Assembly: GCF_963921235.1 (NCBI RefSeq)
Contig: NC_086097.1
Span: 173,664,001 to 173,728,000 of the forward strand
DNA length: 64,000 nt
Reading direction: 5' to 3'
Source of the DNA: Mobula hypostoma
Lineage: Eukaryota
A program made the position numbers and the translations under genes. The notes beneath the pieces were generated by a model that saw only the letters and a program-made list of their open reading frames with translations, did no database searches and had not been told where the DNA came from. Positions 13,275 through 26,436 of the stretch are shown piece after piece. Position 1 is the stretch's first letter. Each line of letters opens with the position of its first letter.

Positions 13275-16200
13275 TAAGACCATAAGATATAGGAGCAGAA
13301 GTAACACATGAAGCCTGCTCCACCATTCAATCATAGCTGATCCAATTCTTCCAGTCATCCCAACTCCCCAGCCTTCTCCCCATACCCTTTGATGCCCTGG
13401 TTAATCAAGAACATATCTATCTCTGCTTTAAATGCACCCAATAACTTGGCCTCCACAGCCGCTCGTGGCAACAAATTCCACAGATTTACCACCCTCTGAC
13501 TAAAGTAATTTCTCCGCGTCTCTGTTCTAAATGGACATCCTTCAATCCTGAAGTCGTGCCCTCTTGTCCTGGACTCCCCTACCATGGGAAATAATGCCAT
13601 ATCTAATCTGTTCAGGTCTTTTAACTTTCAGAATGTTTCTATGAGATCCCCCCTCATTCTCCTGAACTCCAGGGAACACAGCCCAAGAGCTGCCAGACGC
13701 TCCTCATACGGTAACCCTTTCATTCCTGGAATCATTTTCGTGAATCTTCTCTGAACCCTCTCCAATGCCAGTATATCCTTTCCAAATAAGGTGCCCAAAA
13801 CTGCACACAATAGTCCAAGTGTTGTCTCACGAATGCCTTATAGAGCCTCAACATCACATCCTTGCTCTTATATTCTATTCCTCTAGAAATGAATGCCAAC
13901 ATTGCATTCTTGCATTCACCTTCTTCACCACCGACTCAACCTGGAGGTTAACCTTTAGGGTATCCTGCACAAGGACTCCCAAGTCCCTTTGCATCCCTGC
14001 GTTTTGAATTCTCTCTCCATCTAAATTATACTCTGCACGTTTATTTCTGCCACCAAACTGCATGACCACACACTTTCCAACATTGTATTTCACTTGCCAC
14101 TTCTTTGCCCATTCCCCTAAACCAGCCATTCTCAATGGGGGCCATATGGCCCCCTTGAGGACCCTAGAACATTTGAAGGGGGCCACCGACTGAAAACTGT
14201 GAGAAGGGGAGCCCCAAGAGTTTATGGGGGCCCTGGTAACTGAACCGATGAAATACCCAAACAGCAACCTTCATTGGAGTCAATACTTTCCCTCCTATTT
14301 ATAATATCTTTCCAGCACACCGTTTGAATTCGGTGCACCTGGCAAATTCATTGCTTTAGCTCCTCCCACACAACCTCACTTCAGAGTCAGTCGCAAATCA
14401 GTGCACCGGGTCAACATATTCAGTCAAGGGTTCTCGCGTCCATTATCGCCATACTTCATTCTCCGAAGATCAGCGTGTCTTGCTAGGCCTTTTTTTTTAG
14501 CCTAGTAACTTTAAAGTATATGTGCTTGGATATATTATACATTAAGGTAGGTTGTGAAAAGTGTTTATTACTGCATATGAAGTCACTGGAAAAAAAATCC
14601 CTGGCTCCGGGTGAAGTACAACCCACCCAAGTTGAGGCAGAAATTCAAGAGAGTTTGATTGATCTTCAGTTCAGTCAGTTTCAAAAAGATTTTTGGATCA
14701 AGAGTGATCTGCCGAATAAATTTATAACACTGTGGGAAAAAGCCCAAAGAATTTTTTTATTGCCTTTCCCTCAACATATTTGGTTGAGAGCGGATTCTGC
14801 AAGGTAGTTTCCTTGACAAAATCCAGGAACAGAATTGATATCGCAACAAGAGGTGACCTCCGACTGTCATTGTCTAATTTGGAGCCCGATATCATAAAAC
14901 TTGCAGAAAAGCACCAAGCTCAAGGATTACATTAGGCCTGATAGATGTTCAATTTCATATAGTCTTTTTTTTAAGTTTTGTCCAGTATGTCAGAATGTTC
15001 AAGTTTTCTTGGTGTTCAATAATAAATGATTTCCTGTCTGTTTGGTCATGTTGTATCCCTGTTTGAAAGGGGGGCCCTGGAATCTGAGAAGAGCTCCTAA
15101 GGGGGCCGTGGCCAAAAAACGGTTGAGAATCACTGCCCTAAACTATCTAAGTCTCTCTGCAGGCTTTCTGTTTCCTCAACACTACTCGCACCTCCACCTA
15201 CCTTTGTATCATCGGCAAATTTAGCAACAAATCCATTAATCTCATAGTCCAAATCATTGACATACATCGTAAAAAGCAACGGTCCCAACACCAACCCCTG
15301 TGGAACTCCTCTGGTAACCGGCAGCCAGCCAGAATAGGATCCCTTTATTCCCACTCTCTGTTTTCTGCCGATCAGCCAATGCTCCACCCATACTAGTAAC
15401 TCCCCTGTAATTCTACGGGCCCTTATCTTGCTAAGCAGCCTCCTGTGTGGCACCTTGTCAAAGGCCTTCTGAAAATCCAAGTACACCACATCCACTGCAT
15501 CTCTTTTGTCTACCCTGCTTATAATTTTCTCAAAAAATTGCAGGGTTAGTCAGGCAAGATTTTCCTTTCAGGAAACCATGCTTCTTGCTTTGGCATATCT
15601 TGTCATGTGCCTCCAGGTACTCCGTAATCTTATCCCTAACTATCAATTCCAACAACTTCCCAATCATTGATGTCAGGCTAACAGGTCTATAGTTTCCTTT
15701 CTGCTGCCTCCCATCCTTTTTAAATAGCAGAGTAACATCTGCAATCTTCCAGTCAACCGGTACAATGTCACAATTTATTGATTCTGGAAAGATCATTTTT
15801 AATGCCTCTGCAATCTCTCCAGCTACTTCCTTCAGAACTCAAGGGTGTATTCCATCAGGTCCAGGAGATTTATCCACCCTCAGACCATTAAGCTTCCTGA
15901 GCACCTTCTCAGTCCTAATTTTCACTGCACATACTTCACTTCCCTGACACTCTTGAATGTCCAGTATATTGCAGATGTCTTCCACTTTGAAGACTGGTGC
16001 AAAATATGCATTCAGTTCCTCTGCTATCTCTGTGTCTCTCATTATAATATCTCCAGTGTCATTTTCTATTGGTCCTATATCTACCCTCAACTCTCTTTTA
16101 CCCTTTATATACTTAAAAAAGCTTTTAGTATCTTCTTTGATATTAGTCGCCAACTTCCTTTCATAATCCATCTTTTCATTCCTAATGACTTTCTTAGTTT

Positions 16201-16405
16201 CCTTCCACAAGCTTTTAAAAGCTTCCCAATCCTCTATCTTCCCACTAGCTTTGGCATCCTTGTATGCACTCTCTTTTGCTTTTACTTTGGACCTGACTTC
16301 ACTAGTCAGCCACGGTAGTGTCCTTCTTCCATTTGAAAATTTCTTCTTATTTGGAATATATCTGTCTAGCACTTTCCTCATTTTTCACAGAAACTCCAGC
16401 CATTT
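13275..16405 (-). mobile_element. CR1 LINE ORF2 (RT) remnant with 3' end, interrupted by a hAT element
   Basis: KSPGPDGIHP, NYRPVSLTS, YLDFQKAFDKVPH, GVPQG.VLGP and KFADDTK motifs, with frameshifts. The sequence rejoins exactly across 14123-15135. Confidence 0.95.
14123..15135 (+). mobile_element. Non-autonomous hAT (Charlie/ZBED5-SCAND3-like) deletion derivative
   Basis: TIRs CAGCCATTCTCAA / TTGAGAATCACTG; perfect 8-bp TSD CCCTAAAC (14115-14122, 15136-15143). C-terminal remnant FPSTYLVESGF..RNR.DI..RGDLRL.LS.LEPDI..L..KHQAQ. Confidence 0.93.
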
Positions 16406-18021
16406 ACTCAATGGCAGCAAGTACAATTTAGAAATGCCACATATGCCTGACATTTAACTTTTAAATTAATCTCTGGACTTACATGGTGTTATTTATTTAT
16501 AAGTCAAACTTGCAAACTGGAGACAGCAGGTTGTTATAGACTCAATATTTGGGGGGGGGAGGGGGGTGGCGGTAGTTGAAGCCGTTGGTGAAAGTTGTGG
16601 GATATGGAGTCCTGTTAGGAAATGAAGGCCAGAGCATTTTCTCCCCTTTCTATTTTTAATGATGTTTACATTCTGAACATAACCAACAGTGCTATTCACC
16701 AACAGTGATGCCACCAGATTCTACTCTGAATTCACTGGATTTAACCATTTGCCTTTTATTGTCCTATTGCTGCTTGTGGGAGGTTGCTGTGGCTGCAGAT
16801 TTCCCAGCTTTACAGCACGGATCATCCTTCAAAAGTACTTTAAATGGTGGAGGTGTTGTGCTTGTCCCTACAGATTTCAGTCTGTTGGTGGGAAGTCAAA
16901 GATCCAGTTGAAGAGAGAGGAGTTGACTCTCAAAGCCCTATTCACATAATCTTTGAATCTAGAAATCTATCAATCACACTTCCAGATTAGAGAACTCCAA
17001 AGGACATATGAGTGAAAAAGATGTCTTCTCATTTTGATCTTTAATATCCTATTTTTATTTGTAGATTATAATCCTTAGTTCTAGATGCCTCAGCTAGGGT
17101 AGACATTTTCCTTATATTTACCTATTCAAATAATGTATATTTAGGTCACCTAAATACTAAAGAACAGAAATCTAGCCTTCTCATTCTCTCCTCATGAAAG
17201 ATATGGCACACCACAAACTACCTAGATGAAATGTGCCATTTTACGTACTGGGACTTAGAACATATTTGCATTTTTTATCTGTGAAGAAAGACATATAACT
17301 TTAGTACTCTATATCTCACAGGGTCCTCTCCTGCATTCAGTGATTTCCCCCCCCCTCCACAAAACAGATCTTTCCTTTCATCATTTTCAACTACATTCTG
17401 TATTTAATGGATCATCCTCTGCTAAACTGACCACCTGCATTGCAATACTGTGGCCCACCTAACCTTTTGCATCCTCCTCTCAAGCCTAGTATCCCAAGCA
17501 CATCTTACAGCTAAATTAATATGCCAGCTTTCTTCAAGGTTAAGTTACACTATGGTTCTGTCTGCACTGCAATGAATTTTGTTTTTAAATTAAATAATAC
17601 CAGCCTTTAGCAGGTTGTCATTTGAATTCCAATTCATTTGTTCCCTACAATCAATCTATTCTCTACAGAATTCCAATAAAGCTCAATGCAAGGACGACAA
17701 CCTATCCTCATAAGGCAGCATCCTGGTAAATCTCTTCTGCATTCTAAGTATTCCACAGCCTTCCTATAATGAGGTGACCAGAACTCAACACAATATTCTA
17801 AGTGTGGTCTACGCAGGGTTTTATGGTCAGGTCACTCGTCTGAGATCTACTGGTACCATGTAACCCAGTACTACCTGTTGCATTGTCGAGTGGTCAGCGA
17901 CTAAACCGGCTCCCCCACCAGGCTTGCCTGGTGAGGAGGGTGGCTAGACACCCTGCAGGACGAAAAACAAGACCTGTCAAAGGGCGGATGAACCCTCTCG
18001 CAGGGTCAACGGCCATCTAGC

Positions 18022-18230
18022 ACAAGGGTCCCCAACCTTTTTTGCACTGCAGACCGGTTTCATATTGACAATATTCTTGCGGACCGGCCAACCCGGGGTG
18101 GGGGGCGAGTGGGGTTGCCAATGGACAAGAGTAGCAGTCAAATACGTTGTGTTTACCCTGAGAAAGACTACAATGACCATGAAGCCTTGCACGGGCACCA
18201 GTGTGCATGTGTGACTTGTGCATGCGTTTA
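18022..18230. mobile_element. One-ended fragment of the same hAT family as 7784-8858
   Basis: CAAGGGTCCCCAACCTTTTTTGCACTGC TIR and the shared GAGAAAGACTACAAT.ACCATGAAGCCTTGC block; no second TIR seen. Confidence 0.85.
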
Positions 18231-20837
18231 CCTGCTGATTTCTTGCAGCATCTTAGGGAAAGAGGAAACAGTCACACACTTCATCACACTTGGAAGAGAA
18301 AACCAGTTATTTCTCTGTTCTGCTAGAAGGTACCAAACTTGAAACATTTTAAAAGGTACTGGGATTCTCATGAAGGCTGCTCTGACAATACCTTAAAAAC
18401 TCTACCAAGGGGAACAAGTGCATGGAAACACCACCACTTCCATGTTCCTCTACATATCACACACTGCCCTGACTTCCAAACATGTTGCCAGTTGTTCATT
18501 ATCAGTGGATCTAAATCCAGAACTTCCTTCCAAAAGCACTGCAGAGAGTCTTCATCAAAAAGACTGAAGTGACTCATCATCGTGCCCTTAGTCAAAAGGC
18601 AAATCCTCCTAGTGTACAGCATTCCACCAGAATTGAATTTAACCATGTGTTTAATGTGCTCTTATGTTCATTTTTATGGCTCACTTCTTCCACATCCAAC
18701 TATTTGACTTAGAAGCAAACCTACAATAACTGAACCATAGTTATAATCAAATCTTGCACAAATTTCAGACAATGCAATTTGTTCTGTTTTTTATGACATT
18801 AGTTCAATTGAATTTACACAGAATTAATAAATGAGCAAAGCTAAGTATAAGCTTAAGGACAAATAATTATAACAGAAGAGCAGGCCATGTAGCCCATGAA
18901 GACTGCTCTGTCGTTTAATTAGATCATGCTGATCTGTCAGGCTAATTTTCCACTCAATTCCTACATGCCTCAATTCTCTTAATGGCCAAAAATCAGTTAG
19001 TTACTACCTTAAATACAGTCAACAACTACCACCCACAGCCCTACATGCTAGAGAATTTCAATGATTTACAACAATTTGTTAGTTTTACAAAGATTTAAAA
19101 AAACAATTTCAAAATGGTCAGATGCTATTCACCCGCTTTGCTTTGCAAGCATTGTTCTGAGCACTATTATTTATGGCTTTACTGTTCATACACGGGGTCA
19201 GACATGACAAAAACTCCTGGCAATCATCAGACAAATTAAGGCAGCCTTCATTCAAAATATATCATAAGCCAGCAAGCAAAAAAGCATTTTAATTAACATG
19301 ACTCTCTTAAGAGCTAATTATATATTTGCATGTCTTTGAAGCTAGAGGAAAAAAATCTCAAGACACCAGTGCAATAATGCACATGTAAGATAAAACTAGC
19401 TCTATAACTATTTATTAAGAAATTCATATGCCAATATTGCTGTACAGAGGAACTGTGCTTCACATGCTGCAGTAGCCGAAAAAAGAAGTAAATGATTTTG
19501 GAGTCTACTAAGAACAAATGTATAAGGTCCAGGGAAAAGTTTTGCATGGGGCACTGAACTATATACTTTATAAGCATTAGCCATGCAGTTTTGAAGGTGG
19601 ATGCAAATCATGTTTTCATTCACTTCAAATAAACTTAATTAATTTTAGAACAACATGCAACATTTTTGAATCTGACATTCTAAGTACATTAATTGCTGAC
19701 AGTCATAAAAATCGTAAGTACATTTATATTTTATCATGTTTAAGATATCTAGAACACACAATAAATTGAATGGTATAAACTGTCCATGAATATTACATTC
19801 ACTTACATCAATTATAATTGCAAAAACCTGTAAACATCCTTACAATTTTAGTGTCTTTCACAAATTCCACAATTTTAATTTTCAGGTAGAAAGAATGATT
19901 GAATCAGCTGGAGAGACGTTGTGGATTTTTTTTTTTACTTATTCAAAATTCAAGGCAACAATAATAGTTTTCTTTTAAAAGGGAATTACAGCCTAATGGT
20001 AATACCAGGAAAGCAGGGAGAATATTTTTTTCACTCCCTGCATGGGTCAAGGAATGCCTACTGGGTTTTATACAATTCAGATGAAGTTTGATTCATTTCA
20101 GCTGGGTTTTTATTTACTTCCATTCACACCTAAGTTATTTGGGTGCTGCTTTGTTCATTACAAGTTATGAACTGCATGTAATGAACCTGATCATTCAGTA
20201 GGCAGTCCATTTAGTTATTCATAATGCAGCTGTTCCAAAAAGAACATAACGAAAGGAAATAAAAGTACAACACTGAAACAGATTTATGAAGTCATGATCT
20301 AACATTCCACCAGGGGTGCTCTGAATCCCCAAGCAGTTCAACTTGCTACACAAACGCTTTTTGTAAACTTACGGTGTGAGTGTGAGTCACACATTTCAAC
20401 AGAAGTTTCACCTGTGGTGTTGTCTAAATTTACTTCAATATTTCTATTATCTTAATATAAATAAAAAGAGTTTTCATGACTGAGAGGAATAAGTAGAAGA
20501 ATTTTCTTATTTATTCATTTGTAGCTGGTGCCAGCATTTATTAATCACTGATAATTTCTCATTTGAAGAAGGAGTTAAAAGTCAGTAACATCTGTTTTTA
20601 CAGTTTTTATGTGGCTGTAGTCACATAGCTCAGACCAGATAAGGATGGCAGATTTTCTTCCCTTGAGGACATGAGTGGAACAGGTGGGTTCAGTTACCTA
20701 CTTAATGTCAGCTTTTTTCTGAGTCTGAATGTTTTAAATACTTGATTTTAAATTCTCCAACAGTTATGATAGGATTACAATTCATGTCTCTGTGTGAATG
20801 CCCTTGAATGGTTGTCCAGTAATGAAAACACTATGCT

Positions 20838-20967
20838 TCCTGACGAAGGGTCTCGGCCTGAAACGTCGACTGCGCCTCTTCCTAGAGATGCTGCTTGGCC
20901 TGCTGCGTTCACCAGCAACTTTGATGTGTGTTGCTTGAATTTCCACCATCTGCAGAATTCCTGTTGT
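20838..20967 (+). mobile_element. Penelope terminal-repeat fragment carrying a hammerhead core
   Basis: Near-identical to the reverse complement of 26440-26568; contains CTGACGA-AGGGTCTCGGCCT-GAAAC-GTC-GACTG. Confidence 0.85.
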
Positions 20968-21194
20968 ATGCTACCATAATGATATTTTTTCATATAAATG
21001 ATGACTTTGCTGGGCAACTTTAGAGAACAGATAAGCATTAATCAATTTGGGGGAATCTGGTCTCACTCAAGATTTCCTTCCCTATGATCCAGATGGGTTT
21101 TAACGTGGCAGTTTCATGGTTGCCAAGACACTCTCTTATTTCTGATCTTATCCCAGATTATTTAACCTACTGAATTTAAGTTCCACAACAATCT

Positions 21195-21472
21195 GGGTTG
21201 CACAGTGGTGCAGCTAGTGAGCTGCAAGATTGCCGTTTGAGTGACCCAGATTCAATCCTGACTTCAGCTACCACCTGTGTGGCATCTGTACTTTTCTCTC
21301 TGTGGCAAAATGGGTTTCCTCTGGGTGCAATACACATCAAAATTGCTGGTGAACGCAGCAGGCCAGGCAGCATCTGTAGGAAGAGGTACAGTCAACGTTT
21401 CGGGGTGCTCCAGTTTGCATCCAAAGACTTAAAGTTTGGCAGGTAAATTGGCCACTTTCAGTTGCCCACCAA
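21195..21472 (+). mobile_element. V-SINE interrupted by an antisense Penelope terminal fragment (21329-21402)
   Basis: tRNA-like head; the V-domain GGGTTTCCTCTGGGTGC|TCCAGTTT is split, with GGGTGC repeated on both sides of the insert. Confidence 0.8.
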
Positions 21473-21683
21473 AGGATAACAAGAGGCAGTGCCTCAAGAA
21501 GGGGGCATCAACTGTTAAGGACCTGCAGCATTTAGGACATGCCCTTTTCCTGATACCACTATCAAAAGTAAATACAGGAGACTGAAAACCCACACTCAAT
21601 GGTTTAGAAACAGCTTGCATTCCGCTCTAGCATTAGATTTCTGAATGGTCCACAAACGCATGAACTTCATCATTCCTGTATTG

Positions 21684-21872
21684 ACAGTGCCTTGAAAATG
21701 TATCTGCCCTAACCCTTTGTTCACATAATGAGTATTACAAAAAGGGATTTTGATCAATTTAACTGAGAATTTTTATTTGAGAATCACATACTCCTTTTTT
21801 CACAGTATAGAGTCCAAAAAATGGGGAAAATTGTAAAGCATGAAAAACAAAAAATTCAAAAACTGAAATTTC
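21684..21872. mobile_element. Tc1 terminal fragment (same family as 44650-46120)
   Basis: Shares CAGTGCCTT..AACCCTTTGTTCA..TTTGATCAATTTAACTGAGAATTTTTATTTG with 44651-44840. Confidence 0.8.
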
Positions 21873-22899
21873 CAAAGCGGACTATATATATGGCAATGAT
21901 TAGGAAAGATACAGATTTTAGTTCTGTATACTATTTTTAAGCAAAGTCCTAAATGACCTTCTAATTATACTTTAAGAACCAAGAGAATTAAAAAAAAAGC
22001 TTTCAGGCTTTCAGATTTGACATGCAAGTTTCCTCAATGGAAAACCATCCTTTTTGGAACAATGAAGCCTCAGAGTCTTGAATTCTGAGATATATGGTAG
22101 CATGGCTATCTGTCAATTGAGAAAAGATGCTTGAAGAGTTACAGTACACAACAATTTTTTAAAGATAGAGAGTATAGAGGCAGAAGGACAGAATGAATAT
22201 AGCTGGGAGGTGGGGCATAGGTAATCACAGAAATATCAGAAATTGTGGTGGAAGGAACAGGCATCTCAGAGAAGAGTCACAGCTCACAAAGCAGTTAAGT
22301 TCAGAAGCATTAAAGGTGATGAAGGGATGACCATGGGAGATGAATGGTTGCTCACCTTTTAATCTTGGATTTATCAGCTCCATACTATGCTGTATACCGA
22401 TTTACTCGATATAAATATATTCATGTAGCTCTCCAAATATATTTTAATAATTGAGATTAAGGACAATTCTCCGCTTTGTTCAAAGTCATAAGTGAAGATA
22501 GGGGGTAGGGTTAAGAGAAGGATGGACGAATCTGCAAGAGGATGACTCTCCTGGTTTTATACTGTATATATACTATGATCATAAGTGTACTTTGAATCAT
22601 TGAGTATTTGAATCTTTGGATTCCTAATTGAAAACTTTATACATTTTAACATCTCATTCAATCCAAACACATTCATTACGGGAGATTAAAATTAAAAAAT
22701 GATTGTTATATCCATCAGAATGCAATGCTTATAAAACTCCTTTGCCAGTATGAAAGGTATGATGGTATATAAACAGTAGTAGACATTTGAAGAAACATTT
22801 CAGAATTTTCATCAAATAAGCAATCTATTGAGAAACAAAAACTGATGGGAAAAATGATCTATCTATGACTAACCAAGGTACTAGGGTACAGCCGTATAT

Positions 22900-23430
22900 T
22901 GAAAAAGCTGCTTTTAAAATCGTGAAGAATAGTAGTAGCTCCGAGGATTGAGAGAATAAAACCAGCAAATGACTCAAAACAAAGGAAATGTAATTCAAGA
23001 AGAAAAACCAAGAAGAAACACATAAACAGATTAAAAGGACTTTGACAAGCCACTTAAAAATGAAAGAGAAAAAAGTCAACAATGGTCCCTTAAAAATAAG
23101 AAAAGGAAATTATAATAAGGAACAAAGAAATGGCAGAAAAATTAAATAAATATGTTGCATCAGTCTTCACAGCACAAATCATTTAAAGCATTCCAGAAAT
23201 AGAATGTAGCCTGGAGGCAATAAAAAGCAAGGAACTTCGGACAATTAATATCACTCGAAAATAACTACTAGGCATACTAATGGGAATAAGGCCTGACAAG
23301 TACACTGTGTCTGATCGCCCGTGTTCAAGGATTTCTAAAGAAGGTGACTCCAGAGACAACAGATTGATTAATAATGACCTTCCAAACTTCTAGATTTTCA
23401 AAAGTTTCCAGCAGACTTGAAAACTTTCTA
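22900..23430 (+). mobile_element. Old CR1 ORF2 fragment
   Basis: AAAGAAATGGCAGAAAAATTAAATAAATATGTTGCATCAGTCTTCAC (KEMAEKLNKYVASVF) is homologous to 62561-62923. Confidence 0.75.
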
Positions 23431-24047
23431 AGAAATCTAATTCAATTATGTACTTAACAGAGGTGGGAGGCAAAAAAACAAAGAACAAAGTTGTAGTTTA
23501 TGCATAAGATAATTTGACATCTGCTTATACATAAAACCAAAACTCAACCTCAATCCGACCTGATCATGGCCATCTAAACCAAAGTCCAAGCTTGCACACT
23601 CAGAAGTTATCTGAAAATCAAATTGATCAAGAGGTAATTGCAGAATTTCAGGCCTCTGAGCTCAAACTCTCGAGGCAAAGAAACTTCAAGTTGGGACGTG
23701 AGCCAATGATTGACTCTATTTCGCCAATTAAAGTGGTAGATTGAAACATCAAGGCAAATGCAGAAGGCAAGCGAGTGTTCAGCGTTGGCTACTTGCCCTT
23801 TCATCCACCTGCTGCCAGAGGAGACTGTGTGGCCTATCACTGTGCCCAGAGTGTAGGCCTGTGCGCTCAAGCCGTGTCTCTCTCTTTCCATGATGTTGGA
23901 AGATATTACCAAGGTTCTGTGTTTATGGATTTGGACTATGGACTTTTTCAGTCTTATTGTTTTTATATTCTGTGTTTTTGCCCATTCTTTCTCATTGTTT
24001 TTTGGCGCAAAGAGAGGGGCGTTAGGGGGTCAATGTTCTTGTTGTGC

Positions 24048-26350
24048 TTTTTTTTAATTACTAATTTTTTATTGCAACACCAACAAATTACATTCAATAC
24101 AACCAATTGCCAATTACATTTTGACTGTTTAACCTAGCCACTCCGCAACCTTCATCACCATCCCCCTCCACCCCTCTCTCCCCCCCATCCCTCTCCCCTT
24201 CACTAACCAACTGAATAGTAGTGCATACACAGACAACAGATTCCTATTTTAACAAAAGATCTTTTAAGTTAGATATCAAATTTGTCCACATTAAGATTGT
24301 GTTTGGTCGTGCATCATTTACTCTTGCTGATGAAAGTTCCAGGTAAGTAATGTCCAAAAAACTCCAAAGCCAGTGAGTATCTGAAATAGAATGGGGAGGT
24401 TTCCAACGCTGGACTACAATCTTCTTAGCGGCAATCACGCCTGCAAGCCAGACTTTGCGTGTTTTTTTCCGTAAGGGAAAAGTGGGAGTTGTCATTTAGA
24501 AGATGTTTCTAATTTATCTGTGTTGCTCATCTTCCCCTGGATCTGTTGTTGAAAGTTGGTGGAGGAGCCCTGAGTTACCCCTTTCCCACCCCCACTCCCA
24601 TCACCCCTCACATTCAACCCTTTGCTTTGTAACGTCTGTGAGTGTCACTTAGCAATGTCAGACACCGAACATTAACATTAACCGCCCACCTCTAGCACCA
24701 ACAAATTAGAAAGGCAAAGCAATTCTCATAGACAATCATACCAAAGAGACAAGAAAAAAAAACCTGGACAAACCCATTAACCTATATAATCAAAACCATT
24801 TCCGTCTCAAATATAGTATGACACATAATCAAGAACCCCAACAGAACTCTTGCGAGAAACTGTTGCTTTAACAGACCGTCGCTTAGCGATGGCGCCAGTG
24901 ACGTCTTATCTGGCGCCCAGGAACGTAATCAAGTCTACTGGAGACATAGCGTTCCAAAGTTACTCAGAACAAACTGCTGCTTTTCAGCTTCATTCTTGAT
25001 GAAGTATGACATTTGGGTATATTGAGTATCACCTTAGAAAGAAAAAGATAATAAGTAAATCTAGGCGGACTTATATCACCTTACCATGTTATCCTTGTAC
25101 TAACAAGTTAACTGAGCCATTACCTTAAAACTTTGACCTGCAATACTCAGAAACAAATTGGCCCCTTAGTTAAGTAAATACAAAAGTGCAACGAATGACT
25201 TTCCAATAAAAGAATATCCAGAAAACTTCATACCTTGGACATTAACTTGCCTGTATCTGTTAGATTGCGCATACAGGCTGGTCCGAGCACTTAATGCAGT
25301 TCCATCTCCTCCTGAGGGGCGTGTGAACTTTGCCCAGGGTCTTCTTCTATATCTCCCAGCACCGATGATTTCAGAGCTTCTTTCACTTCCTCTGCCAAGT
25401 TAAACAACATCTTCATGCCCTTGATATTCACTCTCAAAATCGCCGAGTATATGAGGATCCAGTCAATCCCCTTCTGTCGAAGCTTAGCGCGGATCTCCTT
25501 GAATCCCTACCATTCCTGCATCGTGCCGGGGCTGTAGTCAGCAAAAAACTGCAGCTGGGTGCTGGGTGCCATTAGGGAGAGTAGGTTTGGCTTTCCTCAT
25601 GCCCTCCAGGATAGCCTGCCAGTCGGTGTACTGTAGAAGCCTAAAAACCATAGTCCGCGGTCTTGAGGTGTTGTTGGAAAAGATCCTATGTGCTCTACCG
25701 ATCTCCAATGGAGCGCTGTGGGAATTCTTGAGTGCTGGAATCCAATTAGGCAGCATCTTCTGGAGGTAACCTCTTGGATTGTCGCCCACAGCGCCTGTCG
25801 GTAAGTTGACCAGCCGCACATTGTTTCTCCTGGATCTGTCCTCCAAGCCACTTACCTTCTTCCATATCTTAGTCACCTCAGTGAGACAGGAGTTAGTAAC
25901 TTTCTCATTCTTGCGTAAGCAAACCTGAATGTTGTCTATTCTGTTGAAGACCGTGCTAAATTTTTTAGTATGAATGTCCGCTTGCTCCTTTAACGACCGG
26001 AGAATGTTGCCATTCTCTGCCAAATGCTTCTGTATGGGGTCGAGAGCCTTTTCCAGTGACTCCTTTAGCATGTGGGCTACCACTTCTTGCAGCGATTCCA
26101 TCTCAGTTGTCATTGTCTGCTTAATTAACATAGCTATTTCCTCGGATGAATCGCTAGCTTGGTGTCGTCTGCTGGTATCTTGCTGGGAAATAGAAGTTGT
26201 CAGGGGACATTCAAGAGTCTTGGGCGGAGGCGATAAGCGGCACTCTAACTTGAAGCACAAGACCTGTCCAACCATTAGTAGAGCAGACACTTCCGAAAAA
26301 AAGGATGAGGCACTTGAACACTGGAAGAACTATAGCTCTGCAGGCAGCTA
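24048..26350 (-). mobile_element. L1-clade LINE: ORF1 plus only the C-terminal tip of ORF2, with A-rich tail
   Basis: ORF1 coiled coil and LEDRSRRNNVRLVNLP / RAHR motifs (25538-26290), continuing by frameshift to about 25291. ORF2 tip IAAKKIVVQRWK at 24244-24495. AATAAA and A-rich end at about 24048-24072. Confidence 0.88.
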
Positions 26351-26436
26351 GTACTCGTCCCATGTGTCTTATTTGTAATACTCTACTGTCTAATGAAGCT
26401 ATGAAACCATCAAGATTTCTGCAAAAGACACCCTGA

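Noticed and set aside
17830..18021. GC-rich, hairpin-prone segment (CTCCCCCACCAGGC..GCCTGGTGAGGAG), considered as a structured RNA or ribozyme
   Set aside because: Could not fit any known ribozyme core by eye; more likely a fragment of an unclassified repeat.
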